Part shown: positions 8,869 through 17,549 of the stretch, piece by piece | How positions within the stretch are numbered: the stretch's first letter is position 1 | How the letters are laid out: every line of letters begins with the position of its first letter | Source: Halanaerobium saccharolyticum | GTDB lineage: Bacteria > Bacillota > Halanaerobiia > Halanaerobiales > Halanaerobiaceae | NCBI RefSeq assembly: GCF_003259895.1 | Contig: NZ_QLME01000002.1 | Location: 123,489-155,488, forward strand | Length of the DNA stretch: 32,000 nucleotides | Reading direction: 5' to 3' | The notes under the pieces: generated by a model | Database searches by the model: none | Told to the model about the DNA's origin: nothing | The model's input: the letters and a program-made list of their open reading frames with translations, nothing else | Made by a program: the position numbers and the translations under genes

Positions 8869-10446
8869 TTGTCTAAAATTAAAAGAGCATTAATCAGTGT
8901 TTCAAATAAGGAAGGTATTGTAGATTTTGCAGAGAGTTTAAAAGAATTTGGAGTAGAAATAATTTCAACTGGTGGTACAGGTCGAATGCTGAAAGAAAAT
9001 GATATCGAGGTCACGGAGATTGATCAGGTAACTAATTTTCCAGAAATGATGGATGGCCGGGTTAAGACTCTGCATCCTGCAGTTCACGGCGGAATTTTAG
9101 CAGTTAGAGATAATGAGCAGCATTTAGAAGAAATTGCAGCTCAGGATATTGAGCCAATTGATCTTGTAGTCTGCAACTTATATCCCTTTGCCGAAACAAT
9201 TGCCAGAGATGATGTAACTCTAGCAGAAGCAATAGAAAATATTGATATCGGGGGACCGACAATGATTCGTTCTGCTGCCAAAAACAACAATGATGTGGCA
9301 GTTGTCGTTGATCCGGCTGATTATGACGAGCTTCTAGCTGAAATGAAGGTTGGTAATGGCGGCTTAACTAAAACTCAGAAGCTAAAGCTTGCCTATAAGG
9401 CCTTCCACCATACTGCAGAGTATGATCAGAGAATACAGAAGTACTTAGGAGAAATTGTGCTGGCTGATGAGGAGAAAAAAGAACTGCCTGAGACATTACT
9501 TGACCGCTATGATAAAAGAGAAGATCTCCGCTATGGAGAAAATCCGCATCAAAAGGCAGCTTTTTACTTAGAGGCTGAACAGAATGAACCATCTATTTCT
9601 ACTGCCGAACAGCTGCACGGTAAGGGAATGTCTTATAATAACATCAATGATACAGATGGAGCTTTAGAGCTGGTTAAAGAATTTGAAGCTAAACCGACAG
9701 CAGCAGTAATCAAACATGCCAATCCCTGTGGAATTGCGACTGCAGATAATTTGAAAGAGGCTTTTGTTAATGCTCATGCAGGTGATCCCTTATCTGCCTT
9801 TGGCTCAATTGTGGCAGCCAATAGAAAAATTGATGCAGCCACAGCTAAAGAAATTGCAGATCAGGATAAATTTATTGAGGTGGTAATTGCTCCGGATTAT
9901 GAGGCTGAAGCTTTAGAAATCTTAAAAGAACGTTCTGATAAAATGCGTATTCTAAAAACCGGAGAGCTTTCTATTAATCGGGAAAAGCCAGGTTACAGCA
10001 TGAAAAAGGTAACAGGTGGACTTTTAGTACAGGACAGAGATTTAGCTCAAACTACTGCTGAAGATCTGGAAGTAGTAACCGAAAAAGCTCCAACTGAAGA
10101 GCAGATTGAAGATTTACTATTTTCCTGGAAGGTAGTAAAACATGTTAAATCAAATGCGATTGTAATGGCTAAAGATGAGATGGTAGTTGGTGTTGGTGCC
10201 GGGCAGATGAGTCGAGTTGATTCGATGATTATTGCCGGACGTAAAGCTGAAGGCCGTCAGGAAGGCGGAGTTGTGGCCTCAGATGCATTTTTTCCTTTCC
10301 CGGATGCTGTAGAAAAGGCAGCAGAGCTGGGCATTAAAGCAATTATTCAGCCCGGTGGTTCAATCCGTGATGATCAGGTTATAGAAGCCTGTAATGAACT
10401 CGGAATTGCAATGGTCTTTACCGGTAAGAGACACTTTAGACATTAA
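8869..10446 (+). CDS. purH: Bifunctional AICAR transformylase / IMP cyclohydrolase
   Basis: RALISVSNKEG and GRVKTLHP motifs, and the typical C-terminus GKRHFRH. TTG start. Confidence 0.95.
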   Translation: MSKIKRALISVSNKEGIVDFAESLKEFGVEIISTGGTGRMLKENDIEVTEIDQVTNFPEMMDGRVKTLHPAVHGGILAVRDNEQHLEEIAAQDIEPIDLVVCNLYPFAETIARDDVTLAEAIENIDIGGPTMIRSAAKNNNDVAVVVDPADYDELLAEMKVGNGGLTKTQKLKLAYKAFHHTAEYDQRIQKYLGEIVLADEEKKELPETLLDRYDKREDLRYGENPHQKAAFYLEAEQNEPSISTAEQLHGKGMSYNNINDTDGALELVKEFEAKPTAAVIKHANPCGIATADNLKEAFVNAHAGDPLSAFGSIVAANRKIDAATAKEIADQDKFIEVVIAPDYEAEALEILKERSDKMRILKTGELSINREKPGYSMKKVTGGLLVQDRDLAQTTAEDLEVVTEKAPTEEQIEDLLFSWKVVKHVKSNAIVMAKDEMVVGVGAGQMSRVDSMIIAGRKAEGRQEGGVVASDAFFPFPDAVEKAAELGIKAIIQPGGSIRDDQVIEACNELGIAMVFTGKRHFRH

Positions 10447-10487
10447 AAAAATTCAGTCTGACTGGATTAATATAGATTTCCCTAATC

Positions 10488-10550
10488 ATTCTCCATTCCT
10501 GATTAATGGACCCTACTCAGCCATTAATAAGGATGGGGAATTTTTATTTT
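10488..10550 (+). terminator. Rho-independent terminator of the pur cluster
   Basis: An imperfect ~20-bp stem pairs 10488-10509 with 10521-10541 around an 11-nt loop. It is followed by TTTTTATTTT. Confidence 0.7.
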
Positions 10551-10557
10551 AAAAATG

Positions 10558-10586
10558 AAAAAAACCGCCTCGGGAAAAAGGCGGTT
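10558..10586 (-). terminator. Minus-strand-facing intrinsic terminator with no annotated minus-strand gene upstream of it
   Basis: ACCGCCT (10564-10570) pairs with AGGCGGT (10579-10585). On the minus strand the hairpin is followed by a run of 7 T (plus-strand A run at 10558-10564). On the plus strand it is followed by TAAAAC, which would terminate poorly. Confidence 0.6.
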
Positions 10587-10882
10587 AAAACAAGGAGAAA
10601 AGTATCTATTACTTTTATCTATGCTTAAAGCTGTCCTCTGCAACAGCTTCAAAAAGGGGATAACAAATCTCTATCTCTTTGCTACAATTATATAATATCA
10701 GTGGATTATTAAAAAAACTTTAAATAAAGATTAGAAAAAGATTAAAAAGAAAAATTAAATTTGACTAATTATAGACTGCAGTCAATTGGGAAATATAACT
10801 TCAAATAACACCGGAACTATCAGTAACAATTACTAATTACTAACATAACAGGGATCATAGCTATATTTTTTTGCAAATAATC

Positions 10883-10911
10883 TTGACAACAACGATAGGT
10901 TTAGTTATAAT
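10883..10911 (+). promoter_or_regulatory. Sigma-70-type promoter of the Fe(III) ABC operon
   Basis: TTGACA at 10883-10888, a 17-nt spacer, then TATAAT at 10906-10911. Confidence 0.65.
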
Positions 10912-10927
10912 TAAAATCGTCTGAAGT

Positions 10928-10942
10928 TGAGAATCATTTTCA
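10928..10942. promoter_or_regulatory. Fur-like box (7-1-7)
   Basis: TGAGAATCATTTTCA matches the Bacillus-type Fur core TGATAATNATTATCA at 13 of 15 positions. It lies just downstream of the -10 element. Confidence 0.6.
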
Positions 10943-10970
10943 AACAAAATAAGATCAAGGAGGAATTAAG

Positions 10971-11990
10971 GTGAAAAAATTAATTATAGCAACAATTTTA
11001 ATTAGCATTTTTATTGGTCTGGGGACAGCTGCAGTAGCAGCAGAAGAAGTAAACTTATATACAAATCGTCATTATGATACTGATGAGGAGATTTTGAATC
11101 GTTTTACAGAAGAAACAGGAATTGAGGTTAATGTGCTTAAGGGTGATTCTGATCAGTTAATCGAAAGAATTGCCAGAGAAGGGGAAAATTCTCCCGCTGA
11201 TGTTTTAATTACTGCCGATGCAGGTAGGTTACATAGAGCAAAGGAAAGAGATATCCTGCAGTCAGTTAGTACTGAAACACTTAATCAAAATGTACCAGCA
11301 AATTTAAGAGATGAAGATAATTACTGGTATGGCTTAACAATGAGAGGTAGAGTCATAGTTTATTCTAAAGATCGAGTTGATCCAGAAAATTTAGCAGGTT
11401 ATGGAGATTTAACTTCAGATAAATGGGAGGATAAAATTGTAGTAAGATCTTCCGAAAATATTTATAATCAGTCACTTTTAGCTTCTTTAGTTTCAATTCA
11501 TGGAGAAGAGTGGGCTGAAGAATGGGCAGCCGGTGTTGTTGACAATATGGCCCGTAAGCCTCAGGGTAATGACCGAGCTCAGGCAACAGCTGTTGCAGCA
11601 GGTGAGGGTGATCTGGCAATTATGAACACCTATTATTTAGGTAAAATGATTAATTCTGATAATCCGGCTGAAGTTGAAGTAGCAGAAAATGTTGGAATCC
11701 ATTTCCCTGATGGTGAAAATGGGACCCATATTAATGTAAGTGGAGCCGGTGTTGTCAAAAATGCTCCCAATAAGGAAAATGCTGTTAAGCTCTTAGAATA
11801 TCTAAGTTCAGCTTCAGCACAGAAATTCTTTGCTTCTGCAAATTACGAATATCCGGTTAATCCAGAAGTAGAGGCCTCTGAACTTCTGCAGTCCTGGGGA
11901 GATTTTGAAACACAGAATATTAATCTGACAGAACTTGGAATCCACAATGAGACAGCGGTAAGAATCTTTAACCGTGTTGGCTGGCAGTAA
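10971..11990 (+). CDS. Fe(III)-type ABC transporter substrate-binding protein (FbpA/AfuA/FutA family)
   Basis: Signal peptide MKKLIIATILISIFIGLGTAAVA. NLYTNRHYDTD and ITADAGRL are typical of the iron(III)/thiamine-type periplasmic binding family. A Fur-like box lies upstream. Confidence 0.85.
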   Translation: MKKLIIATILISIFIGLGTAAVAAEEVNLYTNRHYDTDEEILNRFTEETGIEVNVLKGDSDQLIERIAREGENSPADVLITADAGRLHRAKERDILQSVSTETLNQNVPANLRDEDNYWYGLTMRGRVIVYSKDRVDPENLAGYGDLTSDKWEDKIVVRSSENIYNQSLLASLVSIHGEEWAEEWAAGVVDNMARKPQGNDRAQATAVAAGEGDLAIMNTYYLGKMINSDNPAEVEVAENVGIHFPDGENGTHINVSGAGVVKNAPNKENAVKLLEYLSSASAQKFFASANYEYPVNPEVEASELLQSWGDFETQNINLTELGIHNETAVRIFNRVGWQ

Positions 11991-12068
11991 AACAAAGACT
12001 GGCGATTTTAACTTTCAATTTATAATTGATTTCTAAAAAGTGATTTTATTAATGAGGTTGGTGTAAAA

Positions 12069-13703
12069 ATGCAGCTATTAAAAACGCTAAAAAAAGCTTC
12101 TCCAGGCTGGTTTCTGCTGACAGCCGGGATAATAATTCTGCTTTTAATTCCAAATTTAAATATTATTATTAATTTATTTGGAGAAGCAGGTGAGAACTGG
12201 GAGCATGTAAGAGATTATCTGCTTATTAACTACTTTCAAAACTCTCTGATATTAGTACTTGCTACCGGCCTGCTGACTGCTTTTTTGGGAGCAGGTTTAG
12301 CCTGGATAATAGCTGCTTATAATTTTCCGGGACGTGATTTTTTAAGCTGGGGGTTAATTTTGCCTCTGGCCATCCCACCCTATATAGGCGCCTATGTTTA
12401 CCAGGGAATGTTTAGTTATACCGGACCTTTGCAGACATTTTTGAGGAATAATTTTCAGCTGCAGCTTTCACAGCAGTATTTTGATTTCATGAACATCAGA
12501 GGTGCCATCTTTATCTATACAATTTTTCTTTTTCCCTATGTTTTTTTAATGACTAAAGCCTTTTTATCCAGACAGTCAGCTTCTTTACTGGAAAGTTCAA
12601 GGCTGCTGGGGAAAAGTGACAGCACTATCTTTTTTAAGATCATTTTACCTCTTTCCCGCGGAGCAGTAGTTGCCGGCAGCAGTCTGGTGATGATGGAGGT
12701 TTTAAATGATTATGGTGTTGTAAAATATTTTGGGATCAGTACCTTTACCACAGCAATTTTTAAAAGCTGGTTTGGAATGGGAGATTTACCAACATCAGTG
12801 AGGCTGGCAGTAATGGCCATGCTGGTGATTTTTGTAGTTTTATTTATAGAAAAACTGCTGCGGGGAGGTAGAAAGTACAGCTATTCTACTTCTAACATTA
12901 GACCGGTGAGCAGAAGAAAACTGGAGGGCGGCAGAAAAATCATGGCTCAAATTTTCACCTATGGAGTTTTCTTTTTCGGGTTTTTACTTCCCACGGCTCA
13001 ACTTTTATACTGGAGTTTTTTAAGCAGGGGTGGAGGGTTAATGGAAACTCTGCATTTTGCTTTCACTTCCTTTTTAACCGGAGGAGGGGCAGCGGTTCTA
13101 ATTTTGACAGGTGCAGTGATAATTGCAACAACAGCCCGGATGAGTTCCAATTTTGTCTCCAATCTTTTAGCACGGATTACCATTCTTGGCTATTCTATTC
13201 CTGGGGCTGTAATTGCAGTTGGAGTTTTGCTTTTTATGCTGCAGCTTGATGGTGTCTTATCTTTTCTGCAGATGGGATTTGGAATAGAAGCAAACGTTGT
13301 TTTAAGCAGTACCTTAGTTATGTTAATTTTTGCCTATGCAGTGCGTTTTATGGGAATTGCTTTTAATTCGGTTAACAGCGGTTATGAAAAAATTGGTGAA
13401 AGTTATTTTGAAGCTTCCAGAACTCTGGGTAAAGGAGTTACAGAAACATTTTTTAAGATTGATCTGCCGATGCTGAAACCGGCCTTGATGAGTGGTTTTT
13501 TACTTGTTTTTATAGAGATAATGAAAGAACTACCGCTGACCATGATTTTAAGACCCTTTAACTTTGATACTCTGGCGACAAAAGCTTTTGAATATGCTTC
13601 TGATGAGATGATTTATAGAGCAGCCGATCTATCTCTGGTTCTAATTTTCTTTTCAACAGCTGCTATCTATTTAATTACTCATCACCGAAGGAGGAAAAAA
13701 TAA
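12069..13703 (+). CDS. Iron ABC transporter permease (duplicated two-domain FbpB type)
   Basis: A 544-aa polytopic membrane protein with two permease repeats. It lies between the binding protein and the ATPase. Confidence 0.85.
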   Translation: MQLLKTLKKASPGWFLLTAGIIILLLIPNLNIIINLFGEAGENWEHVRDYLLINYFQNSLILVLATGLLTAFLGAGLAWIIAAYNFPGRDFLSWGLILPLAIPPYIGAYVYQGMFSYTGPLQTFLRNNFQLQLSQQYFDFMNIRGAIFIYTIFLFPYVFLMTKAFLSRQSASLLESSRLLGKSDSTIFFKIILPLSRGAVVAGSSLVMMEVLNDYGVVKYFGISTFTTAIFKSWFGMGDLPTSVRLAVMAMLVIFVVLFIEKLLRGGRKYSYSTSNIRPVSRRKLEGGRKIMAQIFTYGVFFFGFLLPTAQLLYWSFLSRGGGLMETLHFAFTSFLTGGGAAVLILTGAVIIATTARMSSNFVSNLLARITILGYSIPGAVIAVGVLLFMLQLDGVLSFLQMGFGIEANVVLSSTLVMLIFAYAVRFMGIAFNSVNSGYEKIGESYFEASRTLGKGVTETFFKIDLPMLKPALMSGFLLVFIEIMKELPLTMILRPFNFDTLATKAFEYASDEMIYRAADLSLVLIFFSTAAIYLITHHRRRKK

Positions 13704-14338
13704 TGCAGTTAGAAATTAAAAATTTAACTTTTGCCTATAATAAAAAAGAAGGTAATATAGTTGATAATTTCAACCTGAAAGTAAAAAAGGGAGAGGTTGT
13801 AGCTTTAGTTGGCGCCAGCGGCAGTGGTAAAAGTACGGTTCTGCGTTTAACTGCTGGTCTGGAAATACCTGACAGCGGAGAAATTTCAATTGCAGGTCAG
13901 ACTGTGGCTGGAGATCATAAATTTAGAGCAGCAGAAAAAAGAGAAGTGGGAATGGTTTTTCAGGATTATGCACTTTTTCCCCATTTAAGTGTGGAAAAAA
14001 ATATTGTTTTTGGAATTGATCATTTAAGTAAAGATAAGAGGAAGTCTCGGGTCAAGGAGCTTTTAAAACTGGTAAATTTAGAGGGTTTTGAAAAACGCTA
14101 TCCCCATCAATTATCAGGTGGACAGCAGCAGCGGATTGCTCTGGCCAGAACTTTAGCTCCGGGACCAGAACTGCTGCTCTTAGATGAACCATTTAGCAAT
14201 CTGGATGCTGAGTTAAAGGACAAGATTAGACGAGAATTAAATGAAATCATAAAAAAAGTCGGAGTCACAACTATTTTAGTTTCTCATGATAGAGAAGACG
14301 CAGAATTTATGCAGGCCAGAGAGATTTTGATGAATTAA
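13703..14338 (+). CDS. ABC transporter ATP-binding protein (short, without a C-terminal regulatory domain)
   Basis: Walker A GASGSGKST, signature LSGGQQQRIALAR and Walker B LLLDEP. Its start overlaps the permease stop (ATAATG). Confidence 0.9.
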   Translation: MQLEIKNLTFAYNKKEGNIVDNFNLKVKKGEVVALVGASGSGKSTVLRLTAGLEIPDSGEISIAGQTVAGDHKFRAAEKREVGMVFQDYALFPHLSVEKNIVFGIDHLSKDKRKSRVKELLKLVNLEGFEKRYPHQLSGGQQQRIALARTLAPGPELLLLDEPFSNLDAELKDKIRRELNEIIKKVGVTTILVSHDREDAEFMQAREILMN

Positions 14339-14422
14339 TAGAATAAAGAGTTGTGCCTTATTAATAATGATTATTGATTACTATTATAACAGGCTTGATT
14401 AACAATTTTTTTAAAAAATATC

Positions 14423-14451
14423 TTGACAAAAACAAGATAGTTATATATAAT
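14423..14451 (+). promoter_or_regulatory. Sigma-70-type promoter of the dtxR-like/feoAB operon, paralogous to the promoter at 10883
   Basis: TTGACA at 14423-14428, a 17-nt spacer, then TATAAT at 14446-14451. The flanking TCTTGACAA and GAAGTTGAGAAYCATTTTCA are shared with the 10883 promoter. Confidence 0.65.
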
Positions 14452-14463
14452 TTTAATTGAAGT

Positions 14464-14478
14464 TGAGAACCATTTTCA
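14464..14478. promoter_or_regulatory. Fur-like box (7-1-7)
   Basis: TGAGAACCATTTTCA differs by one base from the box at 10928-10942. Confidence 0.6.
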
Positions 14479-14513
14479 TTTAAATATTGAAATAAATTAT
14501 TTTTTTATATTAT

Positions 14514-14531
14514 TTTTAGGTTAACCTAAAA
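14514..14531. promoter_or_regulatory. 18-bp perfect palindrome, candidate DtxR-family operator or 5'-UTR hairpin
   Basis: TTTTAGGTTAACCTAAAA. Its half-sites resemble the TTAGGTTA / TAACCTAA halves of DtxR/IdeR operators but are spaced closer together. It ends 3 nt before the GGGGGA ribosome-binding site of the regulator gene. Confidence 0.45.
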
Positions 14532-14546
14532 GTTGGGGGAATTACT

Positions 14547-15224
14547 TTGGAAGCTAAAATTACTCTGTCAGAATCAATGGAGGATTATCTGGAAGCTATC
14601 TTTAATTTAATCAAGGAGAATGGCTCGGCCCGGGTAACAGATATCGCAAATTCACTGGGAATTGCAGCTTCTTCTGTTAATCAGGGCTTAAAAAAACTAA
14701 ATGAGCAGGGGCTAATTAAACAGCAGAAGTATGGTCCGATCAAATTAACTCAAAGTGGTGTTCAGGCGGCCGAAAAAGTCAACTGTAAACATCAGATTTT
14801 ATATCTTTTTTTACACAAGACTCTCGGTGTTGAGCCGGAGACTGCTGACCAGGATGCCTGCAGTATTGAACATGTCTTAAGTCAGCAAAGTTTCGAAAAA
14901 ATGGTTGATTATCTAATCGAAAATAATTATATAGAAGAGCAAAATTGTGCTTTTAAATTTATGGAGAACGAGGAGGAAGAAAAAATGGCAGCTAAAGAAT
15001 TTATGTTAGATAGTATGAGTGTTGGGTCGAAAGCTGAAGTACTAAAAATTGAGTCTAAGGGTCGTCTAAAAAGAAAATTGATGGATATGGGTTTAAATAG
15101 AGGTGCCAGGGTTGAAGTTAAAGGAAAAGCACCAATGGGAGATCCAATCGAAATTAAAGTTAGAGGTTATAGTTTGAGTTTACGCCAGGATGAAGCGGCA
15201 GAGATTCTGGTAAAGGAGGTTTAA
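14547..15224 (+). CDS. DtxR/IdeR-family iron-dependent transcriptional repressor with a C-terminal FeoA/SH3-like domain
   Basis: SMEDYLEAIFNL N-terminal HTH region. The CSIEH motif is equivalent to the DtxR primary-site C102-x-x-E105-H106. The C-terminal GSKAEVLKI...GDPIEIKVRGYSLSLR forms the FeoA-type fold. TTG start after GGGGGA. Confidence 0.85.
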   Translation: MEAKITLSESMEDYLEAIFNLIKENGSARVTDIANSLGIAASSVNQGLKKLNEQGLIKQQKYGPIKLTQSGVQAAEKVNCKHQILYLFLHKTLGVEPETADQDACSIEHVLSQQSFEKMVDYLIENNYIEEQNCAFKFMENEEEEKMAAKEFMLDSMSVGSKAEVLKIESKGRLKRKLMDMGLNRGARVEVKGKAPMGDPIEIKVRGYSLSLRQDEAAEILVKEV

Positions 15225-15229
15225 AATTG

Positions 15230-15460
15230 ATGCCTTTAGCAATGTTAAGACAGGGAGAGACAGCATGTATTAAAGAAATTGTCGGTGGAAGAACAGCCAG
15301 AGGAAAACTAACCGATATGGGATTTGTAAGCGGGAAAACAGTTAAGATTCACAGAAGTTCTGGTGGACCATTAATTGTTGGACTGGGTGATAATAGAATT
15401 GCACTAGGTAGAGGAATGGCACATAAAGTAATAGTAGATAACAAAGGGTGTGAAAATTAA
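15230..15460 (+). CDS. feoA: Ferrous iron transport protein A
   Basis: A 76-aa FeoA/SH3-like protein (LRQGETACIKEI...LTDMGF...G). AAGGAGG at 15213-15219. The start could be TTG 15227 or ATG 15230. Its stop overlaps the feoB start. Confidence 0.9.
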   Translation: MPLAMLRQGETACIKEIVGGRTARGKLTDMGFVSGKTVKIHRSSGGPLIVGLGDNRIALGRGMAHKVIVDNKGCEN

Positions 15461-17508
15461 TGGCTTTAAATAAAAGGGAAAGAAAAAATACAGAGCTTAA
15501 AGTTGCATTGGCGGGGAATCCAAACTCTGGTAAAACAACGATGTTCAATGAATTGACAGGTTCCAGACAGCATGTCGGAAACTGGCCTGGAGTAACAGTA
15601 GAAAAGAAAACAGGTCGTGCATTTTATCAGGATTATTCACTGGAAGTAATTGATCTTCCCGGTACATATTCTCTGGGAGCATATTCGGAAGATGAAGTTG
15701 TAGCCCGGGATTTTCTGACAGCTGGTGATTATGATGTAGTCTTAAATATTATCAACTCTGCTAACCTGGATCGGAATCTCTATTTTACAGTTCAGTTATT
15801 AGAAATGGGAGTAGACTTAATTGCAGTTTTAAATATGGCTGATGAGGCTGAGAAAAAAGGAATTAAAATTGATAAAAATAAATTAAGTCAGCTGCTGGGA
15901 ACACCTGTAGTAGAAACTGTAGCCAGCCGGGGTAGAGGAATTGATAATCTTTTAGAACAGACTGTTCAAAATAGAGATTTATCAGAAGCTTCCTTAAAAA
16001 TTAATTACGGCAGTGACATTGAAGATTTGATTAGTGAAGTAGTAGAAATGCTTAAGCAGTATGACTTTTCTCAGCAGATCAATCAGCGCTGGGCAGCAGT
16101 CAAGTTAATTGAGCATGACCCCGAAGCTGTAAAATTACTGGAAAGAGAAGTTGGAGCCTCAAAGGCTAAAAAGATTAAGAGTTTAATTGCAGAGAGAGAA
16201 CTTAAGGCTGAAGATGATTTTGATAATGTTATTATTGATAAAAAATATGAATTTATAAATAAAGTTATAGCCGAAAGTGTTCAGAGACCGACAGCAGACG
16301 AAGAACCCGAAAATGTTTCTGACAAAATTGATGCAGTTGTGACTAATAAATATCTTGGTATTCCAATTTTTATGGCAGTTATGTGGGCAATTTTTAAATT
16401 TACTTTTACTCTTGGTGATCCGCTGATTGGTTATATCGAAACCTTCTTTGAAATAGCCGGCGGCTGGATTGGAACACAGCTTTTAGAAATAGGAGTTTCG
16501 CCCTTGATCTCTTCCTTTATAACTGACGGAATTATTGGTGGTGTAGGTTCGGTACTGGTCTTTATACCAAATATCTTTTTGCTATTCCTGGCAATCGGTG
16601 TTTTAGAAGACAGTGGTTATATGTCCAGAGCCGCTTATGTAATGGATAAGGTAATGAGCAAGTTAGGACTGCACGGTAAGTCATTTATTCCTATGATTGT
16701 TGGTTTTGGCTGTAATGTTCCGGGAGTTATGGCGACCAGAACTTTAGACAGTAAGCGAGACCGCATTATTTCAATCTTAATTAATCCACTGATGTCCTGT
16801 TCTGCAAGATTACCAGTTTATGTTGTCTTTGCCGGTGCCTTATTTTCCAGCCATGCAAGTACTGTAGTTTTCTCACTTTATCTAATGGGGATTGTGATGG
16901 CAGTAATTATGGCCGGTATTTTCAACAAAATATTATTTAAAGGTGAGCGTTCTCACTTTGTAATGGAACTGCCTCCCTATCGTTTCCCGACTTTAAAAGG
17001 TGTAATTATTCATATGTGGGAAAAAGTAGGAGCCTTCCTCAAAAAAGCGGGAACAATTATTTTCTCAGTTGTTGTTTTAATCTGGGTTTTAGCTAATCTG
17101 CCTTTAGGGGTAGAATATGCATCTGCAGAAAGCTTTATCGGTCAGTTTGGTCAGCTGGTAGCTCCAATTTTTGCTCCATTAGGATTTGGCAGCTGGCAGG
17201 CAGCAGCCTCACTGGTCTTTGGTATTCTGGCAAAGGAAGTAGTTGTTGGAACTTTAGGAGTTGTTTATGCAGCAGGAGAAGGTGGATTAAGAACTGCTTT
17301 ACTGGCCAATTTTACTCCTCTGGCAGCTTATTCCTTCCTGACAATGGTACTTTTATATACACCGTGTATTGCAACTCTGGGAGCGATTAAATCTGAAACT
17401 CAGAGCTGGAAGTGGACTTTAATCACAGCTTCATACCTTTTTGTCTTAGCCTGGATAACAGCCTTTGTTATTTATCAGGGTGGTATGCTGCTCGGAATTG
17501 GTGTTTAA
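15460..17508 (+). CDS. feoB: Ferrous iron transporter B
   Basis: N-terminal G-domain GNPNSGKTT, DLPGTYSL and NMAD motifs, followed by the polytopic gate domain. 682 aa. Confidence 0.96.
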   Translation: MALNKRERKNTELKVALAGNPNSGKTTMFNELTGSRQHVGNWPGVTVEKKTGRAFYQDYSLEVIDLPGTYSLGAYSEDEVVARDFLTAGDYDVVLNIINSANLDRNLYFTVQLLEMGVDLIAVLNMADEAEKKGIKIDKNKLSQLLGTPVVETVASRGRGIDNLLEQTVQNRDLSEASLKINYGSDIEDLISEVVEMLKQYDFSQQINQRWAAVKLIEHDPEAVKLLEREVGASKAKKIKSLIAERELKAEDDFDNVIIDKKYEFINKVIAESVQRPTADEEPENVSDKIDAVVTNKYLGIPIFMAVMWAIFKFTFTLGDPLIGYIETFFEIAGGWIGTQLLEIGVSPLISSFITDGIIGGVGSVLVFIPNIFLLFLAIGVLEDSGYMSRAAYVMDKVMSKLGLHGKSFIPMIVGFGCNVPGVMATRTLDSKRDRIISILINPLMSCSARLPVYVVFAGALFSSHASTVVFSLYLMGIVMAVIMAGIFNKILFKGERSHFVMELPPYRFPTLKGVIIHMWEKVGAFLKKAGTIIFSVVVLIWVLANLPLGVEYASAESFIGQFGQLVAPIFAPLGFGSWQAAASLVFGILAKEVVVGTLGVVYAAGEGGLRTALLANFTPLAAYSFLTMVLLYTPCIATLGAIKSETQSWKWTLITASYLFVLAWITAFVIYQGGMLLGIGV

Positions 17509-17549
17509 TTTAGAACTGAATTTAAGCTGGATAGCTTAAGGAGGTTATT

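Noticed and set aside
10555-10695. 46-codon plus-strand ORF (MKKTASGKRRLKQGEKY...)
   Set aside because: The nearest purine-rich motif lies about 17 nt upstream, too far to serve as a ribosome-binding site. The ORF begins inside a terminator hairpin, so it is more likely non-coding.
14361-14385. AATAATGATTATTGATTAC as a fourth Fur box
   Set aside because: It matches the 19-mer at only about 12 of 19 positions and lacks the TGAGAAYCATTTTCA core shared by the other three. It is indistinguishable from AT-rich background.
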